Assembly (NCBI GenBank): GCA_965218945.1
Contig: OZ244718.1
Span: 865,139-929,138, forward strand
DNA: 64,000 nt
Reading direction: 5' to 3'
Source: Dehalococcoidia bacterium
GTDB taxonomy: Bacteria; Chloroflexota; Dehalococcoidia; Lucifugimonadales; UBA2985
The first letter of the stretch is position 1, and the number at the start of each line of letters is the position of its first letter. This document shows, in pieces, positions 21,848 to 31,772 of this stretch. The position numbers and the translations under genes were made by a program. Below the pieces are notes generated by a model. The model made no database searches and had not been told where the DNA came from. It was given only the letters and a program-made list of their open reading frames with translations.

Positions 21848-22993
21848 ATGACCCGTACACACACGACAAGATACGTGACCCTGTTAAGTATTGTCCTTGC
21901 GCTGGCCCTTACGGCAGCGCTCGCGGCCTGCGGCTCTGATGAGCCGTCCGGCGTGACAGGCCCCGACCGGACCGCGTCCACCCCAACGGAGACGCCGGCC
22001 TCCCCCGCACGGACGCCTACCACGCCAGGGTCAGGGGACGCGCCCACCGCCACCGATGCGCCTGTACCTGCGGCTGCGACAGCGCCGCCCGCGGCCTCCG
22101 GCTCCGTCGAAACGGACCGGGAAGCCCTGGTTGCCCTCTACAACGCAACGGGCGGTGAGAACTGGGACAAAAGCGCCAACTGGCTGAGCGACGCTCCCCT
22201 CGGCGAATGGGAGGGCGTCACCACTGACTTCGACGGGCGCGTTACAGAGCTGTCCCTCTTAGACAACGACTTGAGCGGGGAGATACCGGCGGAGCTGGGC
22301 AGCCTCGCCAGCCTGACAGAGCTGATCCTCAGCGACAACGATTTGAGCGGGGAGATACCGCCGGAGCTGGGCAACCTCTCCAGGCTGGGTTATCTGTACC
22401 TAGACGACAACGCCTTGAGCGGGGAGATACCGGCGGAGCTGGGCAGCCTCTCCAACCTGTCACGGCTGCTCCTCTGGGGCAACGCCTTGAGCGGGGAGAT
22501 ACCGGCGGAGCTGGGCAGCCTCTCCAACCTGAGAAGGCTGAACCTCTCAAGCAACGGCTTGAGCGGGGAGATACCGGCGGAGTTGGGCGGCCTCTCCAAC
22601 CTGACAATTCTGTACCTCAGCCGCAACGAGTTGAGCGGGGAGATACCTGCGGAGCTGGGCGACCTCTCCAACCTGAGAGAGCTGTACCTCATCGGCAACG
22701 AGTTGAGCGGGGAGATACCTGCGGAGCTGGGCAACCTCTCCAACCTGAGAGATCTGGCCCTCGAGGACAACGAGTTGAGCGGGGAGATACCGGCGGAGTT
22801 GGGCAGCCTTTCCAACCTGACAGATCTGGGCCTCAGCAACAACGACTTGAGCGGGGAGGTACCGGCGGAGCTGGGCAGCCTTTCCAATCTGTCATCGCTG
22901 TACCTCAGCCGCAACGAGTTGAGCGGGTGCGTGCCAAGCAGCCTGGAAGACCAGGTGACCTCCGAAGGCCTTGGCGACCTGCCCTTCTGCTGA
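21848..22993 (+). CDS. Lipoprotein with plant-specific-type leucine-rich repeats (9 full LRRs plus a cap), tandem paralogue
   Basis: Same architecture as the first copy. The N-terminus, 5' flank, C-terminus (..SGCVPSSLEDQ..LPFC) and 3' flank are near-identical to it. Confidence 0.85.
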   Translation: MTRTHTTRYVTLLSIVLALALTAALAACGSDEPSGVTGPDRTASTPTETPASPARTPTTPGSGDAPTATDAPVPAAATAPPAASGSVETDREALVALYNATGGENWDKSANWLSDAPLGEWEGVTTDFDGRVTELSLLDNDLSGEIPAELGSLASLTELILSDNDLSGEIPPELGNLSRLGYLYLDDNALSGEIPAELGSLSNLSRLLLWGNALSGEIPAELGSLSNLRRLNLSSNGLSGEIPAELGGLSNLTILYLSRNELSGEIPAELGDLSNLRELYLIGNELSGEIPAELGNLSNLRDLALEDNELSGEIPAELGSLSNLTDLGLSNNDLSGEVPAELGSLSNLSSLYLSRNELSGCVPSSLEDQVTSEGLGDLPFC

Positions 22994-23299
22994 AGCCACG
23001 CGCTCTCAGCCGGGGACGGACAGCATATCGCCTTGGAGGCGCTCACAGCGCTGGCGCATGGCGCTGCCCGCTCGCCGCATCAAGCCTTGTCCACGACTCC
23101 GATCGCGGGGCGCGGGCTCGGTCTATGAGCGGGATGGGAGTGGTATTCCAACCGACGTTGGCATAACCAACGCGTGTTGAGAATACCAATAATTTGACGG
23201 TCTGGCGGCAGAGCCTCTCGGCTGTTACAATGACAGCGCCTCGGAGCTACAGGAAACCGGGGCGCAAGATCAGATTTCAGTACTTCGAGGGGAGACGCC

Positions 23300-24145
23300 A
23301 TGACCACCGTGCAAGCGCAGGAGAAGTTTGTCACCGTCAACAACGTCAGGCTCCGATACCTGGACTGGGGGACAGAGGGTAAGCCGCCCATGATATGTCT
23401 CCACGGCCACAGCGGCCAGGCCCACATCTGGGATGAGTTCGCAGAGGCCATGTCCCCCTATTACCACGTCTACGCCTTTGATCAGCGCGGGCACGGCGGC
23501 AGCCAGTGGGCCGGAGACGGCTACGAAAGGGATCGATTCGTGGAGGACCTGGCCGCTCTTGTGGACTCCTTTGGCTTCGAAAAGGTTACCCTCGTTGGCC
23601 TGTCGATGGGAGGGTGGAACAGCATCCTGTACACTCCCGATCACCAGGACAAGGTTGAGAAGGTCATCCTGGTCGACATTGGCCCTGAGCCCAGCGAAGA
23701 GTCCCGGCAGCAGAGGGGCAGCCGCCCGCCAACGCCCCTGGAGTTTGACAGCTTCGACGAGGCCGTAGAATTGGCGCGCGCCGGCAACCCGTGGGCCACG
23801 GACGCCCGCTTGCGGAGGGATCTGCAGGACCGGATGAAGCAGCGGGACGACGGCAAGTGGACGTGGAAGGCTGACCCCCTGTTATTGACCGTGCCCCTCA
23901 GCGATATGGAGAGCCAGGAGGCCATCGACCGTTACTGGCGAAGCCTGGAGGCCATCCGCTGTCCCATCATGGAGGTGCGCGGCTTGGGAAGCCCTCTACT
24001 CTCCGATGACATCATAGAGCGTATGTGCAAGGCCAACCCTCTTTTCAGCAACGTGGACGTGGAGGACGCCGGCCACGTAGTGCCTGTGGACAAGCCGGAG
24101 GAGTTCATCCAGGTCACCCGCGGCTTCCTGGGGATAGGGGACTAG
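23300..24145 (+). CDS. Alpha/beta-fold hydrolase
   Basis: HGHSGQAH oxyanion region, nucleophile elbow GLSMGG and C-terminal DAGHVVPVD. Confidence 0.85.
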   Translation: MTTVQAQEKFVTVNNVRLRYLDWGTEGKPPMICLHGHSGQAHIWDEFAEAMSPYYHVYAFDQRGHGGSQWAGDGYERDRFVEDLAALVDSFGFEKVTLVGLSMGGWNSILYTPDHQDKVEKVILVDIGPEPSEESRQQRGSRPPTPLEFDSFDEAVELARAGNPWATDARLRRDLQDRMKQRDDGKWTWKADPLLLTVPLSDMESQEAIDRYWRSLEAIRCPIMEVRGLGSPLLSDDIIERMCKANPLFSNVDVEDAGHVVPVDKPEEFIQVTRGFLGIGD

Positions 24146-24237
24146 CCGGTTGCCATATGGGGGAGGTTAGTATGTGGAAAAGGCCCCGGCCTTGATGATT
24201 TCTTAAAAATGAGCGATAGACTCCCCGTCGAAACCCC

Positions 24238-24266
24238 TTGAAAATGCAAAAATGCCGTGCTAGACT
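24238..24266 (+). promoter_or_regulatory. Candidate promoter of the cytochrome oxidase operon (TTGAAA, 17-bp spacer, TAGACT)
   Basis: Read directly from the sequence. About 100 nt upstream of the ctaC GTG start. Confidence 0.3.
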
Positions 24267-24365
24267 ATGTGACGCTAAGCACAAGTGGCTTGTATCCGGC
24301 AGGGAATCGCCCGGCGTGTATATTCCTGTAATGGGTAATGGCTGACGAGTAAAAGGAACGCAAGA

Positions 24366-25472
24366 GTGACTTCTAAACATCGATCAGTAGTCTTGTTCGC
24401 TTCCTTAGTCGCAATCCTCGGCGTCGTCCTGCTGACGGGCTGCTACCCAAGCCATCCTCAGTCTACCTTCGATCCTCACGGCCCCGTTGCCGAGAGGCAG
24501 ATGCAGCTCTTCTGGATTATCTTCTGGGCGGCCACGTTCGTCATGATAGTGGTGGGTGGTTGGCTGCTCTACACCGTGTTCCGCTTCCGCCGGAGGCCCG
24601 GGCAGGGGATGCCGGAGCAGACCCACGGCAATATGCGCCTTGAGGTGGCTTGGACCATTGCCCCGGCCATAGTGCTGGCGGTGGTCGCTGTCCCAACCGT
24701 GGCGGCCCAGTTCTACGTATCCAACACGCCCTCCGGCAACAATCTGGAGATAAACATCACTGCCCACCAGTGGTGGTGGGAGATAGAATACCCCGACTCC
24801 GGTGTGAAGACGTCCAATGAGTTTCACGTCCCCGAGGATACGGTGGTTGAGGTCAACCTGACTTCAAGCGACGTTCTCCACAGCTTCTGGATTCCCAAGC
24901 TGGCCGGCAAGCTGGACATCATACCCGGCAAGAACCTCACCATGTGGTTCCAGGGGGACAACCCCGGCGAGTATTTCGGGCAGTGCGCCGAGTTCTGTGG
25001 CGAGTCCCACGCCTGGATGAGATTCCGCGTCATGGTGGATACCCAGGAGGAGTACGATGCGTGGACGCAGGCCCAGCTGGCCGACGCAGCTACGCCGGGC
25101 GAAGATTACGACGATATTCTGCCCAAGGCAGGACTGAATGTCTTCAGGACAAGTGGCTGCATCCTGTGTCATACAATCTCCGGTGTGGTGGAGTTGCCGG
25201 ACCGGGAAGTCCCCAACCGGGCTTACGAGACAAGGGAAGGCGTTCGGATCAGCAAGGGCCCCAACCTGACCCACATTGCCAGCAGAAGCACCATGGCCGC
25301 GGGTATCAGGGACTTGAATGCCGAAAACCTGAGAGAGTGGCTTGAAGACCCCAGTCAGATAAAGCCGGGCAACCTGATGGCCAGAGACGCGCCCGTGTAC
25401 TACGACCCGGATCAGGCTCTTACCGATACGGAAATCACCGAACTGGTGGCGTATCTCCTGAGCTTGGAGTGA
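24366..25472 (+). CDS. ctaC: Cytochrome c oxidase subunit II with fused C-terminal cytochrome c (caa3-type)
   Basis: CuA motif CAEFCGESHAWM and haem c motif CILCH. GTG start. Confidence 0.9.
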   Translation: MTSKHRSVVLFASLVAILGVVLLTGCYPSHPQSTFDPHGPVAERQMQLFWIIFWAATFVMIVVGGWLLYTVFRFRRRPGQGMPEQTHGNMRLEVAWTIAPAIVLAVVAVPTVAAQFYVSNTPSGNNLEINITAHQWWWEIEYPDSGVKTSNEFHVPEDTVVEVNLTSSDVLHSFWIPKLAGKLDIIPGKNLTMWFQGDNPGEYFGQCAEFCGESHAWMRFRVMVDTQEEYDAWTQAQLADAATPGEDYDDILPKAGLNVFRTSGCILCHTISGVVELPDREVPNRAYETREGVRISKGPNLTHIASRSTMAAGIRDLNAENLREWLEDPSQIKPGNLMARDAPVYYDPDQALTDTEITELVAYLLSLE

Positions 25473-25548
25473 AGCGAGTGACCCTGGTGATGTATAATGC
25501 TCTCAAACTACGGGCAGCGCCCGTAAACAAGAACCTCGGAGGCCTGAG

Positions 25549-27417
25549 ATGGCAACAACTATAGGAGTGCTTCAGAGACCCACCAGCACCACAGGGCTGT
25601 GGGGTTGGATAACAACCGTTGATCACAAGAAGATCGGGGCCCTGTACGGGGTGACCGCCTTCATTTTCTTCATGATTGGCGGCGTGGAAGCCACAATTAT
25701 GCGGCTTCAGTTGGCCCGGGCGGAGCACAGCCTGGTCAGCCCGGAAGTGTTCAGCCAGCTGTTCACGATGCACGCCCTCACGATGATATTCCTGGCCATA
25801 ATGCCACTCAGCGCAGCCTTCTTCAATCTTGTTGTGCCTTTGATGATCGGCGCTAGGGACGTGGCATTTCCGCGCCTCAACGCCTTCAGCTACTGGGTGT
25901 TCCTCTTCGGAGCCCTGCTGCTTCAGTCCGGGTGGTTCATGGGCGGCTCCCCGAACGCGGGCTGGTTTGCCTACGCTCCTTTGACGGGTCCTGGTGTCAA
26001 TCCCGGGGACGGCATGCAGTTCTATCTGCTGGGTCTGGCAGTCCTGGGTGTCTCATCCGTGGCCGCTGCCCTCAACTTCATTGTGACCATAATCAATATG
26101 AGGGCGCCCGGCATGACCATGATGCGGATGCCAGTCTTCATCTGGATGACGCTGGTCACCTCCTTCCTTCTGATAACAGCATTCCCGGTCATAACCGTCG
26201 GTCTTATCGAGCTCTTCTTCGACCGGGAGTTCGGCATGAACTTCTTCAACGTAAACGCCGGCGCCGACGTTGTGCTGTGGCAGCACCTCTTCTGGGTCTT
26301 CGGACACCCGGAGGTGTACATACTGATTCTCCCGGCAATGGGCATAGTATCGGAGGTACTGCCCACGTTCTCCCGCAAGCCCCTGTACGGCTATCCCGTA
26401 GTGGTCCTCTCCGGTATCACCATCGGGTTCATGGGCTGGGCCGTCTGGAGTCACCACATGTTCACCGTTGGCCTGGGTCCTGTCGCCAACTCCGTCTTTG
26501 CCCTGACGACGATGGCCATTGCCATACCCACTGGCATCAAGATATTCAACTGGATAGGCACAATGTGGGGAGGCTCAGTCAGGCTCAGCACCTCTATGCT
26601 GTTTGCCGTAGGATTCATCTTCGTGTTCATTATTGGGGGCCTGAGCGGCGTGATGCACTCCATAGCGCCCTCCGACGCTCAGCAGCAGGACACCTATTTC
26701 ATCGTAGCTCACATACACTACGTTCTGTTCGGGGGCAGCATATTCGCCGTATTCGCCGGCATATACTACTGGTTCCCCAAGGCCACCGGTAAACTGCTCA
26801 GTGAGAAGCTAGGCCAGCTCAGCTTCTGGGTTATGTTCGCAGGCTTCAACATCGCCTTCTTCCCTATGCACTTCCTGGGCATGGACGGGATGCCGCGGCG
26901 GCAGCCCACCTATGAGTCCAGCATGGGATGGGACCTGTGGAACCTTGTAGCCACGGGAGGATCCCTCATAATCGTTCTCTCCGTACTGATATTCCTGCAC
27001 AACTTTTTCTGGAGCGTTCGCAAGGGCGAGCCCGCCGGAAACGACCCCTGGGACGGCAGGACGCTGGAGTGGTCGATATCTTCGCCTCCGCCGGAGTACA
27101 ACTTCGCCACCATTCCAACCGTGCATGGCAGGGACGCCTTCTGGGATCAGAAGTATGCCAACGGCCACGCGGTCCCTCAGGGAGCCAGCGATGACGAGGA
27201 ACACGACTCGGATGAGGGCCACGGCATTCATATGCCCAGTCCATCGTACCTACCCCTGATCGCCGCCCTCGGCTTGGCCGTTGCAGGGTACGGAATGGTG
27301 CTACACCAGCCAGGCCAGTTACCGGGAGCCATTGTTGCGGTAGTGGGCGTGGTGATAACAATGTTCGGAGTTTATGGGTGGGCTATGGAGCCGGCCTCAG
27401 AGCCTAGCAACCACTGA
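25549..27417 (+). CDS. ctaD: Cytochrome c oxidase subunit I
   Basis: WFFGHPEVYILILP-type motif (LFWVFGHPEVYILILP), HHMFTVG and 12 or more TM helices. Confidence 0.97.
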   Translation: MATTIGVLQRPTSTTGLWGWITTVDHKKIGALYGVTAFIFFMIGGVEATIMRLQLARAEHSLVSPEVFSQLFTMHALTMIFLAIMPLSAAFFNLVVPLMIGARDVAFPRLNAFSYWVFLFGALLLQSGWFMGGSPNAGWFAYAPLTGPGVNPGDGMQFYLLGLAVLGVSSVAAALNFIVTIINMRAPGMTMMRMPVFIWMTLVTSFLLITAFPVITVGLIELFFDREFGMNFFNVNAGADVVLWQHLFWVFGHPEVYILILPAMGIVSEVLPTFSRKPLYGYPVVVLSGITIGFMGWAVWSHHMFTVGLGPVANSVFALTTMAIAIPTGIKIFNWIGTMWGGSVRLSTSMLFAVGFIFVFIIGGLSGVMHSIAPSDAQQQDTYFIVAHIHYVLFGGSIFAVFAGIYYWFPKATGKLLSEKLGQLSFWVMFAGFNIAFFPMHFLGMDGMPRRQPTYESSMGWDLWNLVATGGSLIIVLSVLIFLHNFFWSVRKGEPAGNDPWDGRTLEWSISSPPPEYNFATIPTVHGRDAFWDQKYANGHAVPQGASDDEEHDSDEGHGIHMPSPSYLPLIAALGLAVAGYGMVLHQPGQLPGAIVAVVGVVITMFGVYGWAMEPASEPSNH

Positions 27418-27444
27418 GAGACAGCCTGGAGGGAGACTAGCAAG

Positions 27445-28059
27445 TTGGAACACACCCCAGCCGTAGAGCACAGCCCGGAACACGAGACGACAACCGGTGT
27501 AGACCACCGGAAAATGCTCATTTGGGTCTTCCTGGGCTCGGAGTGCATGTTCTTTGGCTCTCTGATAGCCACCTATCTGATCTACTACGGCCAGAGCGTG
27601 AGCGGGCCGACCCCGGCCGATATTCTGGACATACCCACCACCACCGTAAGCACCTTTGTCCTGCTTATGAGCAGCTTTATGATGGTGATGGCATACTCCA
27701 ATATACGCAGGGGGAACGTAAGGAACTTCCGGATCTGGATACTATGCACCGCATTCCTGGGAGCTACCTTCCTGGGATTCCAGGTCTTCGAGTTCAGGGA
27801 GTTCGCCATTCACGGCCACCTTACGCCTCGAACCAACCTGTTTGGAAGCACCTTCTTCACCCTGACGGGCTTCCACGGCGCGCACGTAACCCTCGGAGTG
27901 GTCTGGCTTGTATCGCTATTCGGCTACTCCTTCAAGGGCGACCTCACTCCCCAGGAGGGTTTGAGCGTAGACATAGCCGCCCTGTACTGGCACTTTGTGG
28001 ACGTTGTCTGGATTGTGATATTCACTGTGATTTACCTGATAGGGGTGATCAACTCATGA
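27445..28059 (+). CDS. ctaE: Cytochrome c oxidase subunit III
   Basis: FFTLTGFHGAHVTLGV and YWHFVDVVWI motifs. Confidence 0.9.
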   Translation: MEHTPAVEHSPEHETTTGVDHRKMLIWVFLGSECMFFGSLIATYLIYYGQSVSGPTPADILDIPTTTVSTFVLLMSSFMMVMAYSNIRRGNVRNFRIWILCTAFLGATFLGFQVFEFREFAIHGHLTPRTNLFGSTFFTLTGFHGAHVTLGVVWLVSLFGYSFKGDLTPQEGLSVDIAALYWHFVDVVWIVIFTVIYLIGVINS

Positions 28060-28101
28060 GCGGGCGTCTCTTGGCAACCGTTGTATGTGAGGAGATGAGC
28101 T

Positions 28102-28902
28102 ATGTCGAGTAGAGCCCACGAGAGCGGCCATCCCACTCCGGTCACATACGCAAAAGTGGCGGCCTTGCTGGCTATTATCACCGCCATTGAGTTCATAATC
28201 TTCTACATTGAGGCCATTGAAAACGTTGTGGTCCCCATGTTCCTGATCCTCTCCGCCGTCAAGTTCGCGATGGTTTCGATGTTCTATATGCACCTGAAGT
28301 TCGACAGCAAGATCTTCTCCGGATTCTACGTGGGAGGGCTGATACTGGCTACGTCGGTCATAATGGCCTTGCTAGCCCTGTTTTCCATCGTATCCGGCGA
28401 AAGGATCGTTGTTGCGGTGGCCGAGGAGCCCGCGGCGGGCGACCACGCCACGGACACAACCAGCGCCGACGGGACGACTGCTACTGACGCCTCGGCCGGT
28501 CTGTCCTCGGATACCCAGGTCTCCGGCACTTTGTCGGCCGACGCCACGCATGAGATAGGGTCCGCCAGCAGCGACGAATTCCAGTTCACCATAGACTCCC
28601 TTACGGCAACATCCGGGGAAGAGGTTACGCTGAGGTTCACCAACAACGCCGTTACTCAGCAGCATAACTGGGTCATGGTGCAGGACGGGACCAAGGATGA
28701 GGTGGCCACCGGCGGACTGGTTGACCCGGTTAACTGGCTCAACGCCGATGACCCCAACGTGATAGCCAGCGTCCGGCTGCTAAACCCAGGTGAATCTGCC
28801 CAGGTCACGTTCACGGCCCCGGCCGCCGGCGCATACCAGTTCGTATGCACGTATCCGGGTCACAATGCGACAATGTTCGGGACCTTTGAGGTTGCCCCCT
28901 AG
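28102..28902 (+). CDS. Cytochrome c oxidase subunit IV (prokaryotic COX4 family) fused to a C-terminal azurin-like type-1 copper domain
   Basis: N-terminal 3-TM segment with KFAMVSMFYMHLKF. A Ser/Thr/Ala/Asp linker. A C-terminal domain that aligns by eye with azurin (QFTIDS.., QQHNWVMV, YQFVCTYPGHNATMFGTFEV), giving His, Cys, His and Met ligands. Confidence 0.8.
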   Translation: MSSRAHESGHPTPVTYAKVAALLAIITAIEFIIFYIEAIENVVVPMFLILSAVKFAMVSMFYMHLKFDSKIFSGFYVGGLILATSVIMALLALFSIVSGERIVVAVAEEPAAGDHATDTTSADGTTATDASAGLSSDTQVSGTLSADATHEIGSASSDEFQFTIDSLTATSGEEVTLRFTNNAVTQQHNWVMVQDGTKDEVATGGLVDPVNWLNADDPNVIASVRLLNPGESAQVTFTAPAAGAYQFVCTYPGHNATMFGTFEVAP

Positions 28903-28987
28903 CAGGCGCTAGGCCTCCATGTCTCCTCCCAGGCCCCCTACGGCGGGTTAGCTGGTGTATAATGGGTGAGGTCGCGGAGGCCCTGAG

Positions 28988-29863
28988 ATGTGGCATTTAG
29001 CTTCTGAAACAAAAGCGTCCATTTTCGCCCAGGCTAACCAGTATCAAGAGACATTTACCTGGTGGGAGTGGCACTGGCACACGGACCTCTACTCCGGCTT
29101 GTTTCTTTTCTCCGGGTTGTATTTGCTGTACATTGGTCCCCTTCGGGAGAGGCTGGTCTGGGACGACATGGAAAAGCCTTCTCGAAGGCAGGTGCTTTCC
29201 TTCATGACGGGCGTAGGAGTGATGCTGTTTGCCCTTGCCGGCCCCATTCACGAGCTCAGCGACAACTATCTCTTCAGTGCACACATGGTCCAGCACTCGC
29301 TGCTAACGCTGGTGGCGCCTCCACTGTTGCTGCTGGGGACTCCGGGATGGCTACTGAGGCCGCTGGTGAGCAACGGCGCAGTGCTGAGAGCAGGGCGTTT
29401 CGTCACCAAACCACTCATAGCCTTTCTCATCTTCAACGTCGTGCTCAACATGTGGCACTTCCCCGTCTTCTACGAGGGCGCTCTGCGGGAGCATCCCGTC
29501 CATATTCTGGAGCACCTCCTCTTCATGTCCGCCGCCGTGATAGCGTGGTGGCCCGTATTGAGCCCGCTGCCGGAGCTGCCCCGGATATCCTCTGCGGCCC
29601 AGATACTCTATCTGGTTGCCCTGTCCATCTCCCAAACACCGCTGTTTGCGGCTCTCACCTTCTCCAACGACGTAATGTACTCTTTCTATGAGAGTACGCC
29701 CAGGATTTGGAACATATCCCCGTTGGCAGATCAGCAGATGGGCGGGATAATAATGAAGGTTTCCTGGCTCTCCGTCTTCCTGCCGGCCATCTGCATCGTC
29801 TTTCTTAGATGGTTCTATAGAGAGGAGAGGGAGGGGCCCCAGGAGTTCCAGGCGACTTTGTAG
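28988..29863 (+). CDS. ctaG: Cytochrome c oxidase assembly factor CtaG (Caa3_CtaG family membrane protein)
   Basis: HMVQHSLLTLVAPPLLLLGTP and HILEHLLFMSAAVIAWWP motifs; polytopic. Confidence 0.8.
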   Translation: MWHLASETKASIFAQANQYQETFTWWEWHWHTDLYSGLFLFSGLYLLYIGPLRERLVWDDMEKPSRRQVLSFMTGVGVMLFALAGPIHELSDNYLFSAHMVQHSLLTLVAPPLLLLGTPGWLLRPLVSNGAVLRAGRFVTKPLIAFLIFNVVLNMWHFPVFYEGALREHPVHILEHLLFMSAAVIAWWPVLSPLPELPRISSAAQILYLVALSISQTPLFAALTFSNDVMYSFYESTPRIWNISPLADQQMGGIIMKVSWLSVFLPAICIVFLRWFYREEREGPQEFQATL

Positions 29864-29904
29864 TGAAAACCGGGCTAGAATAGGGGAGAGGCTAAAGTTA
29901 GCAT

Positions 29905-30861
29905 ATGGGCACAGGGCTGAAGCGTATTTTCCCGGCGATGGCCGTGGCTTCTCTGGTCACTGCACTGATGGCAGTGACAATGGGCGGAGTGGTGCGCGTC
30001 ACAGGCTCCGGCCTGGGCTGCCCGGACTGGCCTTTGTGCTACGGAAAAGTCATACCTCCCTGGGAGTTGACGTCCTGGCTGGAGTACATGCATCGCCTCT
30101 CGGCCGCCGTGGCCGGGGTTTTCACCTTCCTTATGGTCATGTCGGCTTTCTCCCGCTACGGAGCGCGGGGCGCCACAATGCACCTCGTGCTGCTGTCAGC
30201 TGTGCTTATTGTGATTCAGGCAGGATTCGGTGCATACACGGTCCTTTCGGAGCTGAGCCCCGGCGTGGCCCTGATACATACCGCCATCGCTACGAGCCTT
30301 GTGGGGGTGCTGGCGGTCGTAGTTGCCAGGACCGCCGTTCCCATGACTCCACGGTCGGCAGAGGTGGCCTTGGACAACCGATGGGACCGGTTCCGGCGGC
30401 TCATCTTGGCGCTGGCGGCCGTTGCCTTCATTGTGGTTCTTACCGGCGCATACGTGACCCGCACCGAAGGGGCTTCTCTGGCATGCACGTCGATTCCGTT
30501 GTGCGGAATATCGATAGGGGATATGGCGACCATCCACTGGATTCACATGGCCCACAGGGTTGCAGCCTTTCTGGTGGCTGTCCTGATGCTGGTGGCGATA
30601 ATTAGGGCGATGGGCGTCCGTCATTCCGGTGTTGTCCAGTTTACATGGCTGGCGGCCGGAGTGCTGGGCGTGCAGATAGCCCTTGGCCTCGGCAACGTGC
30701 TGCTTCGACTGCCAACGGAGATACGCGCGCTGCATCTGGTTGCAGCCATTCTCTTCTTTGCCGTTGCCATGTTGCTCGTAGGCAGGCTGTGGAACGGCGC
30801 CTCTGAAGTCGAGGAGCCTGTCATCGCTTCCGGCAGAGCAAACCTTGGAGTAGCTCGATGA
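29905..30861 (+). CDS. ctaA: Haem A synthase (COX15/CtaA)
   Basis: CPDWPLCYG motif, conserved HR pairs and 8 TM segments. Confidence 0.85.
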   Translation: MGTGLKRIFPAMAVASLVTALMAVTMGGVVRVTGSGLGCPDWPLCYGKVIPPWELTSWLEYMHRLSAAVAGVFTFLMVMSAFSRYGARGATMHLVLLSAVLIVIQAGFGAYTVLSELSPGVALIHTAIATSLVGVLAVVVARTAVPMTPRSAEVALDNRWDRFRRLILALAAVAFIVVLTGAYVTRTEGASLACTSIPLCGISIGDMATIHWIHMAHRVAAFLVAVLMLVAIIRAMGVRHSGVVQFTWLAAGVLGVQIALGLGNVLLRLPTEIRALHLVAAILFFAVAMLLVGRLWNGASEVEEPVIASGRANLGVAR

Positions 30862-31772
30862 ACACCTCCTTCCCACCCAGCGGGCCCGCTGTGGCGCTTT
30901 ACCCGCGCCTGCTTTCCACTGCCAGGGTGTATTTCCGACTCACCAAGCCCAGGATAGCCGTTCTACTCCTGATAAGCACGGCCGCCGGGATGCTGGCAGC
31001 CGGCGGTGGCACAGTCGCCTGGAGCACGGCCGGTATACTTCTGCTTGGCGGTTACCTGTGCTCCGGGGGCGCCGCCGCCTTGAACTGCTATCTGGACCGG
31101 GAGTTGGACATGGCCATGGAGCGGACTCGCCGCCGGCCTCTGCCTCTGGGGCAGGTCTCGCCGAGGAATGTGCTGGTCTTTAGCATCGCTATCAGCCTTC
31201 TCTCAATCCCGCTGTTTCTTCTGATAAGTCCTCTTGTAGCCGTTCTGGGGGCCGTGGCGTGGCTGTACTACGTGCTGCTCTACAGCGTCTACCTGAAGCG
31301 GCGGACGCACCAGAACGTCGTCGTTGGAGGCGCTGCCGGCGCATTTCCGCCAATGATTGGCTGGGTCGCCGTAACCGGCGGCATAGACCTGTCCGCCATC
31401 TTCCTGTTTCTCATAGTTTTCTTCTGGACCCCGCCCCACGCCTATGCCCTGATTCTGGTCTTCAAGGAGGACTACAGGAAGGCCAGCATACCCATGCTGC
31501 CGGTGGTGTTGGGTGACAGGGAGACGGGACGACAAATCTTCCTATACTCCATTCTGCTGGTCCTTCTGACGGCGCTGCCCGCGGTTCTGGGCCTGTTCGG
31601 GGCGCTTTACCTCGCGACGGCCGTTCTGCTGGGCATCCCCCAGGTGGCCCTCTCCATAAAGCTGTACCGCTCCCTTGAGAGGGTATGGGCAATGAGGCTG
31701 TTCAAATACTCGACCGTCTACCTGGCAGCCCTGTTCCTGGGCCTGGTCCTGGATCGCGCCTTTGTCGCTTGA
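30858..31772 (+). CDS. ctaB: Protohaem IX farnesyltransferase (haem O synthase)
   Basis: UbiA-family motifs (NCYLDRELDMAMERTRRRPL, FFWTPPHAYAL). ATGA overlap with ctaA. Confidence 0.9.
   Translation: MNTSFPPSGPAVALYPRLLSTARVYFRLTKPRIAVLLLISTAAGMLAAGGGTVAWSTAGILLLGGYLCSGGAAALNCYLDRELDMAMERTRRRPLPLGQVSPRNVLVFSIAISLLSIPLFLLISPLVAVLGAVAWLYYVLLYSVYLKRRTHQNVVVGGAAGAFPPMIGWVAVTGGIDLSAIFLFLIVFFWTPPHAYALILVFKEDYRKASIPMLPVVLGDRETGRQIFLYSILLVLLTALPAVLGLFGALYLATAVLLGIPQVALSIKLYRSLERVWAMRLFKYSTVYLAALFLGLVLDRAFVA

Noticed and set aside
21100-22950. Regular 72-bp DNA periodicity that could be mistaken for a CRISPR array or satellite
   Set aside because: The repeats are contiguous with no unique spacers, are in frame, and encode 24-aa LRR units within two ORFs that have signal peptides.
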